Below, one piece after another: positions 14,054-27,003 of a stretch of DNA of 64,000 nucleotides. Position 1 is the first letter of the stretch. Every line of letters starts with the position of its first letter. The stretch spans positions 15,624,001 to 15,688,000 of the forward strand of contig OZ316776.1 in NCBI GenBank assembly GCA_973851085.1. Direction: 5' to 3'. The stretch comes from Ptychomitrium polyphyllum (lineage: Eukaryota). The position numbers and the translations under genes are program-made. The notes below the pieces were generated by a model that was not told the origin of the DNA, ran no database searches, and worked only from the letters and a program-made list of their open reading frames with translations.

Positions 14054-14383
14054 TTATGGTTTCAACCACTCTTCTTGATTGTGTGCTTGTACAGCCGCTG
14101 CTAACAAATACTTTCGTTTTTTCATACCTCTTGTACAATTATCTGCTACACGAGTTCCCATTAAATGGTGTTTTGGAATAGGTTTATTCAATTCTCCTAT
14201 AAAGCACCTCAACATGCCTTCAATCTTAAACTTAAATTTTGTCATATCTTTTTTTGACAAACAAAAGGTTTTGGGATAAGTTGGTATAGGAACCAAACAT
14301 TTTCCACCTTCACAATCATTTTGTTGGGGGCCCTTAGCATTCTTATTTTTCTCCTTATTGACTTCTTTATTTTCTTTTGACAT
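14054..14383 (-). CDS. Orphan 109-aa Lys-rich ORF in the AT-rich island, unknown function
   Basis: Open 330-nt frame (MSKENKEVNK...EEWLKP) in sequence where stops are otherwise very frequent. It is locally higher in GC, and its ATG is preceded by an acceptor-like TTTTAG. No family recognised. Confidence 0.4.
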   Translation of the reverse strand: MSKENKEVNKEKNKNAKGPQQNDCEGGKCLVPIPTYPKTFCLSKKDMTKFKFKIEGMLRCFIGELNKPIPKHHLMGTRVADNCTRGMKKRKYLLAAAVQAHNQEEWLKP

Positions 14384-17300
14384 TTCTAAAATGTTCAAGT
14401 GAATTAAAAATCTATAATAGATTTAAATCATCAAATATTCATCTTTTATAAAAGAAGAAATTATATCTTAAAATTTTGTAAAATCTAAAAACTAAATTAC
14501 AAACAAACATCCACAAAACAGATATTAGAAACTACATTAGATCAAATTCTAATGGTACAATGTATGTCAATTAATACATTTGTTTTAAAAATTATTCCAA
14601 ATTTCTTGTACCAGATTATATTTTTGCTATTCAATTAATAATTTTATGAATATGCATACACCAAGAATTCTCCATAAATTCAATGCTTTTGCTTAATTCA
14701 AGTAACAGAATAATAATACAAAGACAAAGAATTTATTTCAAGCAAGGTGTTTTTAAGCTTTTATAAAGCACTACTTGAAATTAGTTCATTGTCTTTATAC
14801 TTGAATTTTTTGCATGATGAACGCTTCAATAATTTAATCATTACAATTCCATCTATACAAAATTATGCATTCTTCTTATAAAATTAAATAAAACTTCAGT
14901 TCTAAAATTAGAAGAACCTCAACAATATCAAATTTTTATTTCTTCAAATTTCTTTACTTGTTAAATCTAAATATTATATTTGTAAATGATAGTTACTTAA
15001 TACTCAATATACTAAAATAAATTCAAGATGAAAAAATTAGTTATAAGATGTCTTTTTGTATTGTTAAAGGTTGCACCTCTTAAATTTGAATGATTATAAC
15101 TTTTTAGTCTAAAATTTCTTAATATAAAATATGTAAAATTTTAGAATATAAAAAAGAAGAGATTGCAAAAATATACAAAACCACATGTATGTGATTCATT
15201 TTTAAAAAATATATGCATTTTTACTATACAAATTCTAAAACTTTGACCATTGTATAAAAAAAAGGATAAAATGCAAATCATTAATTAAACTAAATGTTTT
15301 ATAATAGCCAATAGCAAATGGATTCATGTTTAGTTTTATGACGATGAACCATTTATAACTATTCAAAAAATTTAATGAACAGTTTAAACATTATAATTAA
15401 AAAATTTAAGCATATGATTTGATTCAAATTTTAGTGAAATTTTGTCAAATTTAACATTCTCCGAAAGATATTTTCATTATATTTTGGCAAACTTTAAGGT
15501 GATATTTATTTACAATATTAAAAGAACCTTGTCACAATATTTGCTAATACCTAGTCAATATCCATCACAACACCTAAATTGCGGCAGAATTCTAAAATCT
15601 AGATCTATAGAGGTAGTATTTTCATCTTTATGGTTGATGTTATTAGACAAAATTATCATTCTTTTTTGAAACATTGTACATCAAGCTACATTATATAGCA
15701 TGTTTTTGAATCATTGAAATTAATAAAGGCTTATGTAAAGTAATATATTGAATTTTTGTAATGTTTGATGAACAAATAAGTTGCTCATATCTCACAAACA
15801 TCATTTTTTCCAATTTGAATGTTTATAATGAAAAATCAAAATAATTTTTGATCAGTTTAGCATGGCTTCCATGCTTGTGTAGCTTAATTGATAAGACTTT
15901 GGTGTTATTATTTCATTTCAAGCTTTACAATCTTTTTGAAAAATCATATCAATTTGATAACATCCTTGGCAATATAACAACTTACAATAAGCTTGCCCAT
16001 ATGATCATTTCAATCACAAAGTTTTACACATCATTGTTGTCATGTGTTGTGGCATTGGATGGAACTCATGTTGGATGAATGTAGTGAGTTTAATTTGAGA
16101 AATTTTTAATTCATTTAGTTTGAACTTTATATTAGTTAGTTTTTAGTGCCAATTAGAATTTAGAAAAGGCGCTAAATGGAAAAGTTCCTTTGACTTGGCA
16201 TTGGTGAAAAATACACCATTTATCAAAAACTATCATTTAAATGAATGAAAACCTATACTTGTCAATATAATAGATGCATAGAAAGTAATCAATTTAAAAA
16301 TATTGAAGAAAAATACATTTTTCTGAGTATGATAAAGGTCTACCTCTAATAATGTAAGCTTGCATTTAATACTCAACAAGGAATATTTCACAATCATACA
16401 TAGAACATTTATAAATATCATTTTTAAACACAAAAAAGTCTTGTTATTTCATTGTGATTTTTTTATGAATAATATTTTAAATGCACATGCTAACACAAAA
16501 ATATACTAGGTGACTAATCCAATTTTTTTAATAAATGGCATGAATAAAATTTGGTATTTTTAAAAGGAATTATTAAAAATCAATAAACTTATGAAAAAAT
16601 TGAAATGTCATTAAAAATAATAGTGTTGTAGCATGCCTTAAGTATATCCTGAAATATTTCATGTGTAATTAAACATGTAACTAATGTAATTTTTTTAACT
16701 TGTCTATAAAGTTAATGAAATTATTATAATATGTTCATATATCATTGAATTAATTTATATTTGTCCAATTATAAGAAAGCCATTTTCTTTCAAAACTCCT
16801 ATTCATATCCATGTCTTTTTATATTTATCTTTATGTTAATTGTTTCAATCCTAATTATACTTATATTTTTATACTTATTTTTCAAATTTCTATAATATTA
16901 GATTTATATAAGCTTATATTCATAAGGTATTCATGTATTGCACATATTTATTTATTTTGTAATAATAGAAAGAGGATTTGAAATTATACTTCATCCAATA
17001 TATACGCTTAATAAATGAGATTAGAATTTATATGCCACGTCATTGTTATGTTATAATATACTATTATTTGAAAGATAAATTCCTATTTATTTATACATAC
17101 TAGGTTACGTGGTGGCCTACTAAGTTATGCAAACCATTATTATAAGTAACACCAATGAATATTAATAAATAAAAATGAAATAAAATAAATTTTTTATAAG
17201 ACATTTGTGGCATAAAGTCATTATTTTTTTGAAAAGAGGTGTTTTTTTTCCTTAAATTTGGATTTTTATAAATATGGTGTGCTTTTAATATTATTGCTTA

Positions 17301-18602
17301 AATTTAAATAACTATACTTATAATATTTTTGAGTTTTTAAATGTATTTATTATATAATAGTGTAAAAAGAAAAATCATATGTTATATATAATATATAAGT
17401 AAAGCATGCAAAAAGACTAATTTATTATGAAAAAATATCAATTAATACAAATTATATATTATATGTAAAGACATATATGGAAAATTGGTTAAATCTTAGA
17501 AAGGATCATGTGCAATATTTAAAATGGTTTTAAAAGGTTATATTCTAAAAAATACAATATTGATTAGATTTTTAATTTTTATAAATACAACTTATAATAG
17601 ATTTGCACTATATTTTCTTATAATATTTCTTTTCTTTCAACTTAAAATTAATTTACAGTGACAACGTTTCTTTAATTTTATGTACCATTGTGTGATTTTA
17701 ATAAATTCTAATTATTTTACATTTCTTACGTTTTAAATACATTGGAATAAAAAAAACTCATGCTTCAAAAAAATAATTAAATAATTTAGTAAATCTTTGA
17801 AACAACTTAAATCAAATTTGATTGCAAGATGTTTAGAAAGTCTTCTTTTATTCATCAATACCAATTAAATTTTATAAAATCAATTAAATTTACAATTTTT
17901 TTTTGATGAAGTATTTTAGTTTCCTATTTATACAAAAATTTATTGTGCTTTTAAATGATTTGAAAAAGAGTAGAGTTTCTCTTATTTAAGTTTTTTTTTT
18001 TTTATTGATGTGTGTAACCATGAGGATTAGTTTTTGATACCAAACAGATAAGGTGCCTATCACATCTTTGGTGTGATGGCATTTAATACAAGTTTTTGTA
18101 CAATTTTACAAGTTAAAATGTAAAAAATAAACAATAAAAAATTAAAAATAAAAATAAAAATAAAATAAAATATAGTAAATAATTTTTAAAAAAAAAAAAA
18201 AAATTTAAAAAAAAGTAGATACTAATCAATCAAAGTTAAAAAATTAAATAAAGTAATATGTGCAAATATTTTTTTAAAAAAGTGCTTGGTATGTGCAAAT
18301 AGATTTGATAGGTGAGATGGAAATATAAGGTGTTTGTTCTATGTATAAAAATCTAATAATGGTTGTATTGAATGGATGTATAAAATGACCATTAAAAAAC
18401 TATAGCTAATGTTGTAATTTGGTATTGATAATTTTTAAAAAATATTTACAGGAACAAGATTGCTTGTAATAACTAGTGCGCATCTATTATTTTCCATGAG
18501 AATTTCATCCTACTATGAAAATTTATAGAATTTTTGTTTATAACTTAATTTCTTGTAATTCACTAATGATACAAATATAAGGTTTGTTTCATTCATCCAT
18601 AG

Positions 18603-19442
18603 AAATTAAAGAAGTGCGTCGCTTCAAGTAAATGTTGTGCTTTTTCATTTCTACGACCTAAATGGATCTTTAGAAATGTTGTCGTTGATGTAGTGCAAGG
18701 ATCTAAACCTTCCTTTAAAGTAAGATGAAGACTAATGTTTTACAAAATCACTCACCAAGTTTGACAAATTATGATAACGTAGTGATTCAAGAATGTATTT
18801 AAAAGGGAATTGCCTACTTTGTGCACTCTTTAGTTCAAATAAATAAGTGATAAATAAACCTCACATGTAGACATTTAATAAACAATTGGTATGAATTATG
18901 CTTTTGATTTATAAAAGGCATGCAATACAAAGGTCATGTAACTAATTTAATAAGTTATAATATGATTATAGCCATTGAGGGAGTTGAAGAAAAAACCACA
19001 AAAGCAATGAGAAATTGCAATTAAAGCATCTTTTATTGTGTGGGAGTATTTTGTGAAAATGGCCAAAGATCAAGGATTCTTCAATGAGCAATGGATTATG
19101 CTTGCAATAGGTCCATTCTTCCATTTTCCATTCTTCATAGGAATTGCTCTGCCAATACTCATGGGAATTGGTAATAAAAGTAATCGCTTTGTGCCTTCAG
19201 CCTCATATATTACAGGATGGGTTTGTAACATAATTGCAGCATACTATTATTACAATGGAGCTTTTTCGTAGATCCTCACATGCCAGAGGAACTCATTTTT
19301 CCATAGAAGATACTATCAATATCAAGTACTATCGACATGGGGATATGTAATGCTGCCATGCAATGAAAGTGTTCTTCAAAACAGAGAAGCATGATGGGGT
19401 GGGGTATATGAATATTTGGAGCCTTGGACCGGTATACACTGA
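18603..19442 (+). pseudogene. Probable two-exon relic of an unidentified gene with a hydrophobic (membrane-like) segment
   Basis: Open exon 18603-18719 (ag|KLKKCVASS...GSKPSFK|gtaag). A second exon from 18972 stays in one frame for about 157 codons with only three internal stops (TGA, TAG, TGA). Confidence 0.4.
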
Positions 19443-19949
19443 AAATAGTATGGTTCAACGCTTAGCTAAGCAATTTTTTATTTATTTTTTCTTATTTTCT
19501 GGACATCGCATACAGCAAATGGAAATAAAAAGTAACTGGACTAATTCTAGTCATTCTGCATTTCCACTCGCAAGAAGCCCCTCGCCATTACAACTACAGG
19601 AGAATAAGCAAAATTAGTATAAAGGTAAGTGCAACACAAAATGAGAAATAAAGGTTGAATGGAATCGAATCCAAAGCATGCTTTCGGGAATATCCAGGTC
19701 CTAGGAACGGCTTACAGGACGTTCACAAAAGTCACTTAGGGCACAATGCATTTACAAAGAAAGAAAGCACATGGAAAACACAAGTTTTAGAAAATTGAGA
19801 ACAAAAGGCAAAAATTACGTGGATATACCTGGAATTTTATGAGTTTCTTCTTAATAGGCTCTGTTTGGCATAAACCAAAAGGGCTACAGCAATTCTACAA
19901 TGCAAGGAATTATGGAAAAATCTATATTTAACAAAAAAGATTTCCTACA

Positions 19950-20118
19950 CTACACATTGACTCATTTGCTGTATTTACAATGCTGGTTCTTTGAATGAAT
20001 TCAAGCGACTGAATGAACACAAGTCGAGACGTATTGCAGCTGTCCTAACTACTAAGGGCATGTGGATGAAATGAAGTGGAATTTGTGTAGAGTATTTCAC
20101 AAGTGAGTCAATGTGTAG
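19950..20118. repeat. 19-bp inverted repeat with ~130-nt spacer (foldback)
   Basis: CTACACATTGACTCATTTG (19950-19968) pairs with CAAGTGAGTCAATGTGTAG (20100-20118), with one U:G pair on the + strand. Confidence 0.75.
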
Positions 20119-20407
20119 GCTAGTTTAGGATTTTCTGTCTAGTGTATCAATACGTATATGTATATCCCCAAACTCTATAGGATTGTAAGCTACTACACGC
20201 ACTGCTTCAATATAGTTTGCACCCTTCTGAAAACACTTCTCCCATGCTGCTGCTCAAGCGACATTTAGAGATGCATTTAGAGGTGCGCAGGTGTTTGTGG
20301 GCTTACATGAAATCTACATGCAAATCTACACTTTTCCAAAAGTTATAGCATAGACGATAACTCCCAAAACACTTCATCCATTACCCAGTAGAGTTAACTT
20401 GATCTCT

Positions 20408-23400
20408 TCAGACGTTGGGTGGGGGCCAAATCTTGGAGAAATGCTCCTCAACCCGTTGTGTGTTGTTGATATAGCCATCAAGCCCTCGTTGCAATAGATC
20501 CTCAGCCAGTGGACCCAAAGCCTTAGCAAAGGTGCCTTGATCCCACTTTTGCAACTGCAAAAAGTCAAATTCAGAACACATTATCACTAGATTAGCAAGA
20601 TTCTTAATTCTAGCATACACATAAGCGGCTAAAATATTTATTCAAGACATTATTCCTGCTTTAACACAATACTAAGAGCCAAAGATACAAGAGGCACGCA
20701 AGTTTTAGTGATAAAGTAATTCATTTAACACAATAGCAGAACAACCTCGGTAGCAACTTACCTCATCTTCTGAAAACGTTGCGGCCTGAGCAGCTGATGG
20801 ACTCAAGCGTCTTGCAAATGCATACTTGTCTTCAAGATCAGCCTTCGACTCCTTCAGGGAATTTAGTACCTTGACTGGAACAATGAGGTAATCAAGGCTA
20901 CATCCCAATTCCAGAACACAAAAACAACCCGTTCACTTGTAAGATTGATTTTTCATGAAGAAAATTTGATACGTTTTTGTCCATGACATTAAAAAGCTGG
21001 ACTACATAAATAACTGTAAGAGAGAACCCATTAATGAAATAGGATAACAAGAAATATTTGAAAACAAGAAGTAGGGACTTCGCTCTACATTGGCTAAGCA
21101 ATTATCATGCAACTCATTCTTTACAAACAGTAGTGAAGTTAATGGACATTGTGAAGTACCCAAGCAGGCTGAAAACATCTTGCTTGTTGCGAACTGCAGC
21201 AGCCATAAGTTTGGACTTCTGTCCATATTTGTGAATGTAGTTGTAAGCCTTCGTAACCTGAACAAGTCTCATAGTAACAACCGCTTCAATTTCTCTACAA
21301 TGGAACTTGGTCTTAGAACTGCTCTAGTATTTTCTACGTATTTGCGGAAATGAATGTCTTGATGAGCTTACAAGTGAAATTCCAGGATCAGCCCCATTCG
21401 CCAAAGCCGCGTCAACGTATTTGTCACCTGAATTTGTCCGAGCCCAATCCTGTCACAGAAAACTTAAGTTGAGGATGTGCACTAAAAAAAATTTAAAAAA
21501 TACCTCCAAATTACTTCCATACTTCCGAACAATTGTGCACCAGCAGTGACGTTGATGCGCATCTCTCAGAACTTAAACCTGAGAACACTAACGATTCGCA
21601 CGTTCACAAATCTGAAACATACCCGGACCCTGCCAACGAAGATCTGAATTACTGATGCACCCGCTTGGGCTGCTGCAGAGGCTTGAGCGAAGCTGCAGAA
21701 TGGGTTCCGACGGTATTAGTTATTGAAGCAATAGGTTTACAACGATGGCCACAGTTATTTTTAAGAATAATCTATCTCTGTAGTTGACACCTACCCCTTA
21801 AAAACGCCAACATCATATCATTGGCAATGTCAATTCAAGTTCCATCTATGCAACATAAATGCAATATCAAGAGATTAAGACCTGTAAACTAGGCTGACAT
21901 GTGTCTGAATGCCTTCAGCTTCCAGTTGCCTTACAGCGTCAATACCCTACAAGACATTCAAACATTGAGGCAACACCAGTTGAGTAACACTCTTACAAAA
22001 ATACTTGAAATTTAAGAGCTTTCTCAAATTCGTTGCAGCCATTCACGATATACCTGCCAAGTCGCAGGAATCTTGAAAAGCAACCTCTCCCTAGGAACTT
22101 CAACTTCATCATACAATCCCAGAAGCTGATGGACCTGCGTTCAATACATTCAGATCGTAATCAAAACTTAAGTAGACGGGGTTTTCGACAACTCTTCAAG
22201 CACCAAAAGTAGCAGCTGTGGTATAAGACGATGCAATACTCTCGACAATCCAAATCAGGCAGATACTGCATATACAATGTTATAATCTTATATAAAGATA
22301 AAGAAACTTGCCTCGTTCACAATGCCTGGAGTATCATAAGCCAAACGCGCATCTACTTCTGTGGAGACCCTGCCCGGGACTGCTTTTACAACTTCTGCTC
22401 CAACGTTAACAAGAGCCTGGCCCACCCCACTAGATGCTATACTCAAGATGTCTATACCATACACAAAACTAGAAACTAAAACTCAAATCATGTAATAAAA
22501 GCTATACAGTATGTCTTTTCTGTAGTCATGATCATTAAATCAGCGTTAAATCAGCTTTCCCTACACCTGGTTACAAGTTCTTTACAGCAAAATCTTGACT
22601 GCCTCACAGCATATGAAGTACCTTATTCAAGAAACATGATAGCCGCTTTCCACTGTTCTCGACATAGCACTTGTCGTATGCTAAAGCACTGTCGATGGCA
22701 CTCTGTGCAAGTTCAAATGGGTCAGCTAATGTCTACTAGTGTGAAGCTCACAAATACAGCACGTTAGTCATTGTATGCAATGGGATCCGTTCCTGTTGGT
22801 AAGAGGTGCACCAGGAGGGCACAGAATATTTGATGCTTACATTATACGTTCCTTTTGGAACACTGGTTATTCCGAGCAGCAGCGAAGAACTCACGGTGGC
22901 AGCTGTGGGAGGAAACCTGATGTCCAAATCAATTCTGTCAAAGACCTGTTTTGATTGCATTAAGGGTAAACAAATCATGCCACATAACCAAAAATATGGA
23001 GCCTCTCTTAAGCATGTCGCAGAGATCCAAAGCTCACATGAGATGAGGACCAATGTCATCTGCAATAAACTTCGAGCCAGAAAAGAAATTAATCGAAATG
23101 CTTCACCTTTCAAAATCGTCAAATATAACAGTGTCAGGTACCACTTCGCTGTACTTTGAGATAGCATCCAGCTCTGTGCCTTCAGCTGTGTTTAAAACAG
23201 GAAATTTCAATTAGGCACTCCATGCTCAAAACTATTCCATCACAATCCAAGCGTACTGTTGTGAAATATCAAGTTCAATCAAGGTAAAGAAAAGACGAAT
23301 CAACACATCTGCCAAGCTAGAAGCCTTAAACTGAAGGAGACATGTACGCTGGTGAATATAAGCACTACTGTACTCTCAATCTATAATACACAACCTCAGA

Positions 23401-24437
23401 TTATGCACAACAGGCAGAAGTTTGAATTCAATGAATTCCCTTCTTGACTCCTAAGCATCCCTGGGTTAGTGAACAACCAGAAACCGACCCCGAATGTTAA
23501 AAAGTTTGAGCTTGTGCTGCTTGAGAAAGAAAACGATTTGAGATTTTGTAACCGTACGATATGAAGGAAATGGGACTACAGAAATAAATGCAGAAAATTG
23601 AGGATTAGAAGACTAACGTTTGACTCTTGCAAATGTGAAATTCACTCTCAATACGTACCAGTACCGACACTGGCTCGCAAATTCATGGCCATAGACTTGT
23701 GCCTCAAGTTGCTGCCTGAGTAACCCTTCCATTGCACTCCTCGAACTTTGGTGCCAATTGAATGATGCACCAACGACTGCACCCCACTTAAACATTATAT
23801 GTGTGAAAAACTTGCAATATGGTGATGTTCACACAACTGTTTTAGCTCACGATGCTAAAATTTCAGAATTCAATATGTTTATTGAGCAGCGAGCATAATC
23901 AACACAAAAGAGAGTATGCTCTGGTAGCTCATTACGCTCTTCCTCCACTCAGAGAAACCCTAAAACTCACGCAGAGAAACGCAAAACCACCCACATTGGC
24001 ATCCACATTAGCATCGTAACCGGTGCACTCGTGCCCTGTCTCTGATTCAACATTTTAATTCAAGGATCCTACAAAACCCTTGATCCACCTCAACAACGAT
24101 GCTCCCCTAATTGGTAAGAACCACAAATCGTCGACCCAAAAGTTCAATCGAGAGCCACTAGTACTGATGGGTAAGAAAATCGATCAACAGTCAATCTCGA
24201 AATCCGGCAGCAACTGATGAAGTCCAGTCACTCTGAAGTTGAATGATCGTACTCTTTTGCTTATCAGGAGGATATGGAGAGCCGATCTGGGACAAGATGG
24301 AGAGATGGAAGGGAAGTAAAGTTACGTACCTTCGGGTGAGCAGAGACTCCAATGCTGGATTTATTGTTGCAAATTGGGAGAGTAGGGCTCAATGCCGAGC
24401 ACCCTGCGGCCTTCATCGCCGTGCACGCCATGGCCAT
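20408..24437 (-). CDS. Plastid transaldolase-like protein (At1g12230 type), many short exons
   Basis: Transit-peptide-like exon 24437-24330 ([12 protein letters not shown]...), then [89 protein letters not shown], and the family C-terminus IWPPPNV* ending at 20408. Confidence 0.92.
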
Positions 24438-27003
24438 GTTGCAATCCGAGAACCTCAAAGACAAGCTGGTGATCGAAAACAGAAATATCTTTGTGACCGA
24501 AGAATCAAACAAGTTGTAATGTGCGTCGGGTTTACCATCCGCCTCGGAATTGCCGCTTGAGCTTGTTAGCAGAATGCCAGGTCAGCCACATCCATTGTTA
24601 TCCTGCTCTTTGTGAAGGATGATGATAGCCTCTGCATTCATCTATTCAAGGTTGGAGGCTCCAGTCGGATCCAGGAGCACGCAGAAGCAACACGTCGACC
24701 TAACAGTGACAGAATCTACGCCAGCTCCTTCTGTGGATTATGATCTCAGGATTAAGTGAACGTCGCTCTTAAGTGCTTCTGGCTAAAGTTTCGCTACTAG
24801 CCCCCCAGTGTAAGTTTATGTTATCGAGGGTAGAAGTATTCCTTCGAGTAGTCCACGAGGCAAGAGGCAAGAGTCGCATGTAGTTTGCACTTGAGACTGG
24901 GGAGTTCAGGTTATTCTCAACCGAACCATGGTCCTTTTACCACAGGATCGAGGACAGTGAGAAGGAAACATAACAGAATGTCCACATCCACTGCCATTCT
25001 TTGCCGGGTATGGCTTTTGTGCTTTGCTGTGATTGAGCAATGCCTTAGAGCACCATTTAGCCCTCGAGCTTTATGTCAATCTTAGCTTGCAAACCAACCT
25101 TATCTCCTGATAATGGTATCAACCTACGTAGTCAATATGATCTACATCCAGAAGTATACAAGCAAAACCTCTGTTTCTGGGCATGTAGTTTGTTGACATG
25201 GAGACAGAAACAGACACCATGGTAAAAGTGGAATAATCACTTAGCGTTAGTTACAAAAATTTCTAATTCATTTTCAAAGCAGGCGAGATGTTCAACTAAC
25301 ATCCCGGCTACTTACACACACGGTATGAATATGGTAATATTGCAATTTAAAAATCTACCATGTATATGGAAACAAGGAGAGGACTAGTCCCATCCACAGA
25401 AAGCATAGATCTACTTCAGGCAAACTCCATAACTGTACAACCTTCACTTGCTCCTATGTATAGACTTCGGAAGGCTAGAAGTAAACCAAGAGAACGAGAT
25501 CTTTAAGACTTTATCCAAGAGAAACGTATTGAGAGGAAAACTTTGAAATACGTCAGTGTCTGTTGGTTAAAATGGAAGCACTTCCACCTCTTCCATGGTA
25601 TGTAGAAGGTTAAAAAATCGTTTTAGTTGTCTTCAGAATCTACCAAGTCAGCGGGACATTTCCAGACGCCCTACGCATATCCACAGTAGTTATGTAGTTT
25701 TAAAGCTCGGCCCTCAAGCATGAATATCAAGTCAATCCTTGAGCCGGTGACATGATGCGTTACAATAGGGGTTCCTCCTGCAAAACCATGAGTTTCTGTT
25801 TAAGAGGGATCTTTTTAGAATTTTCCGAACTCCTTTCACTGTATAGTTTTGCTTGATTTCGTTTCCTTGTAAACACACGACTCGTTCTGCACTCAAACTC
25901 GCTCTTGTTCACTCTTATGAAGTTCATCCGCGCTTAGCCATTACATGGTGGATGTGCAAATAACCACACCCTACACAAGGACCGAACAGAAGAGAACATT
26001 TTCTGCTTGGAGAGTGTAATTTATTAGAAACCATGTAGTAAATAACCGCATAAATTTTATAAGGTGGTTGCAGTGTGTGGTGAAGGGCTCCATATTAATT
26101 TGGTACAGATAGACCCTTTGCTGTTTGATGTATGATTCCAGACAAACCACATATTTTTGCTATATTTCATCTTTTTGTATGTGACTCACAGACTCACATA
26201 GAGCAATTCTACAAAACTTGAGAAAAAGTTGGTTTTTAACTTTTTGAAGGCCTGGATGAGTCTGGCTGTATATTACAGGACTGTCGCTGCCTTTCTCCAT
26301 CAGTTCATGGCGCAGTTTATTTTCATGATCGGCACTAGTATAACATCTCACCCTCCGTTTATCGAGCCAAAGATAGGTTCTCTGCATGAATGGACGCTTC
26401 CAGTTGCCTATGATCCACACAGCCGTGTGGATGCACGTTGCATAAGGTAGTCAACAGAACTTAGCCACTCTTGTAAACTGCCACGGTGAGTATGCAAACT
26501 GGAACCACAGCAGAGCATGAAGATTGACATGATGGGTGACGAACTCCATCTTTTTGCCGGAAAAACTCCTCTTTCACTTAGATGCATTCTTGAACAATGA
26601 AAGCAGACGTGCATGCTCTCGGATAACAAGTTGACGCTACCTAGAGTCTTGACACTGAGAAAACAGACTCGTACTATGCGCTCTGTAGGAGCATCGCAGT
26701 GAAGAAATACTAAGAACGCTCAGCTGATTGATATGTGATGCTAGTTCTAGTTGATCGTTCAACGATGGTAGAACAACTTACAAACGTCAGCATCTTTGTC
26801 AAGTTCACCAATTCGGTTTCCAAGGAACGATGCAAGAATCAAGTGTATTGCCAATTCAGACTACAATTGACAAGGAGGTAGCCACATCTAATCTCTCGAT
26901 TAAAAAGAATAAAAACAGAAATTCAAGTTTCAGAACTAAGTTCAGCTCGGATACATGAATCAGGGAGGATGAATACTTGGCTATTCCTACCAATCACGAA
27001 AAA

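Larger units (their letters stand above)
3520..19000. other. Large AT-rich island (roughly 20-25% GC by eye, CpG-poor) containing hidden genes and decayed relics
   Basis: Abrupt compositional shift near 3.5 kb and back near 19 kb relative to the flanking genes (about 42-45% GC by eye). Confidence 0.9.

Noticed and set aside
19038..19271. Resemblance of GIALPILMG to the dolichol kinase GCALPIW motif
   Set aside because: None of the adjacent dolichol kinase motifs (G.GD..AS..G, KT.EG) is present.
25170..25214. Small hairpin TCTGTTTCTG/CAGAAACAGA
   Set aside because: Only 10+5 bp and interrupted; within chance for a 64-kb window.
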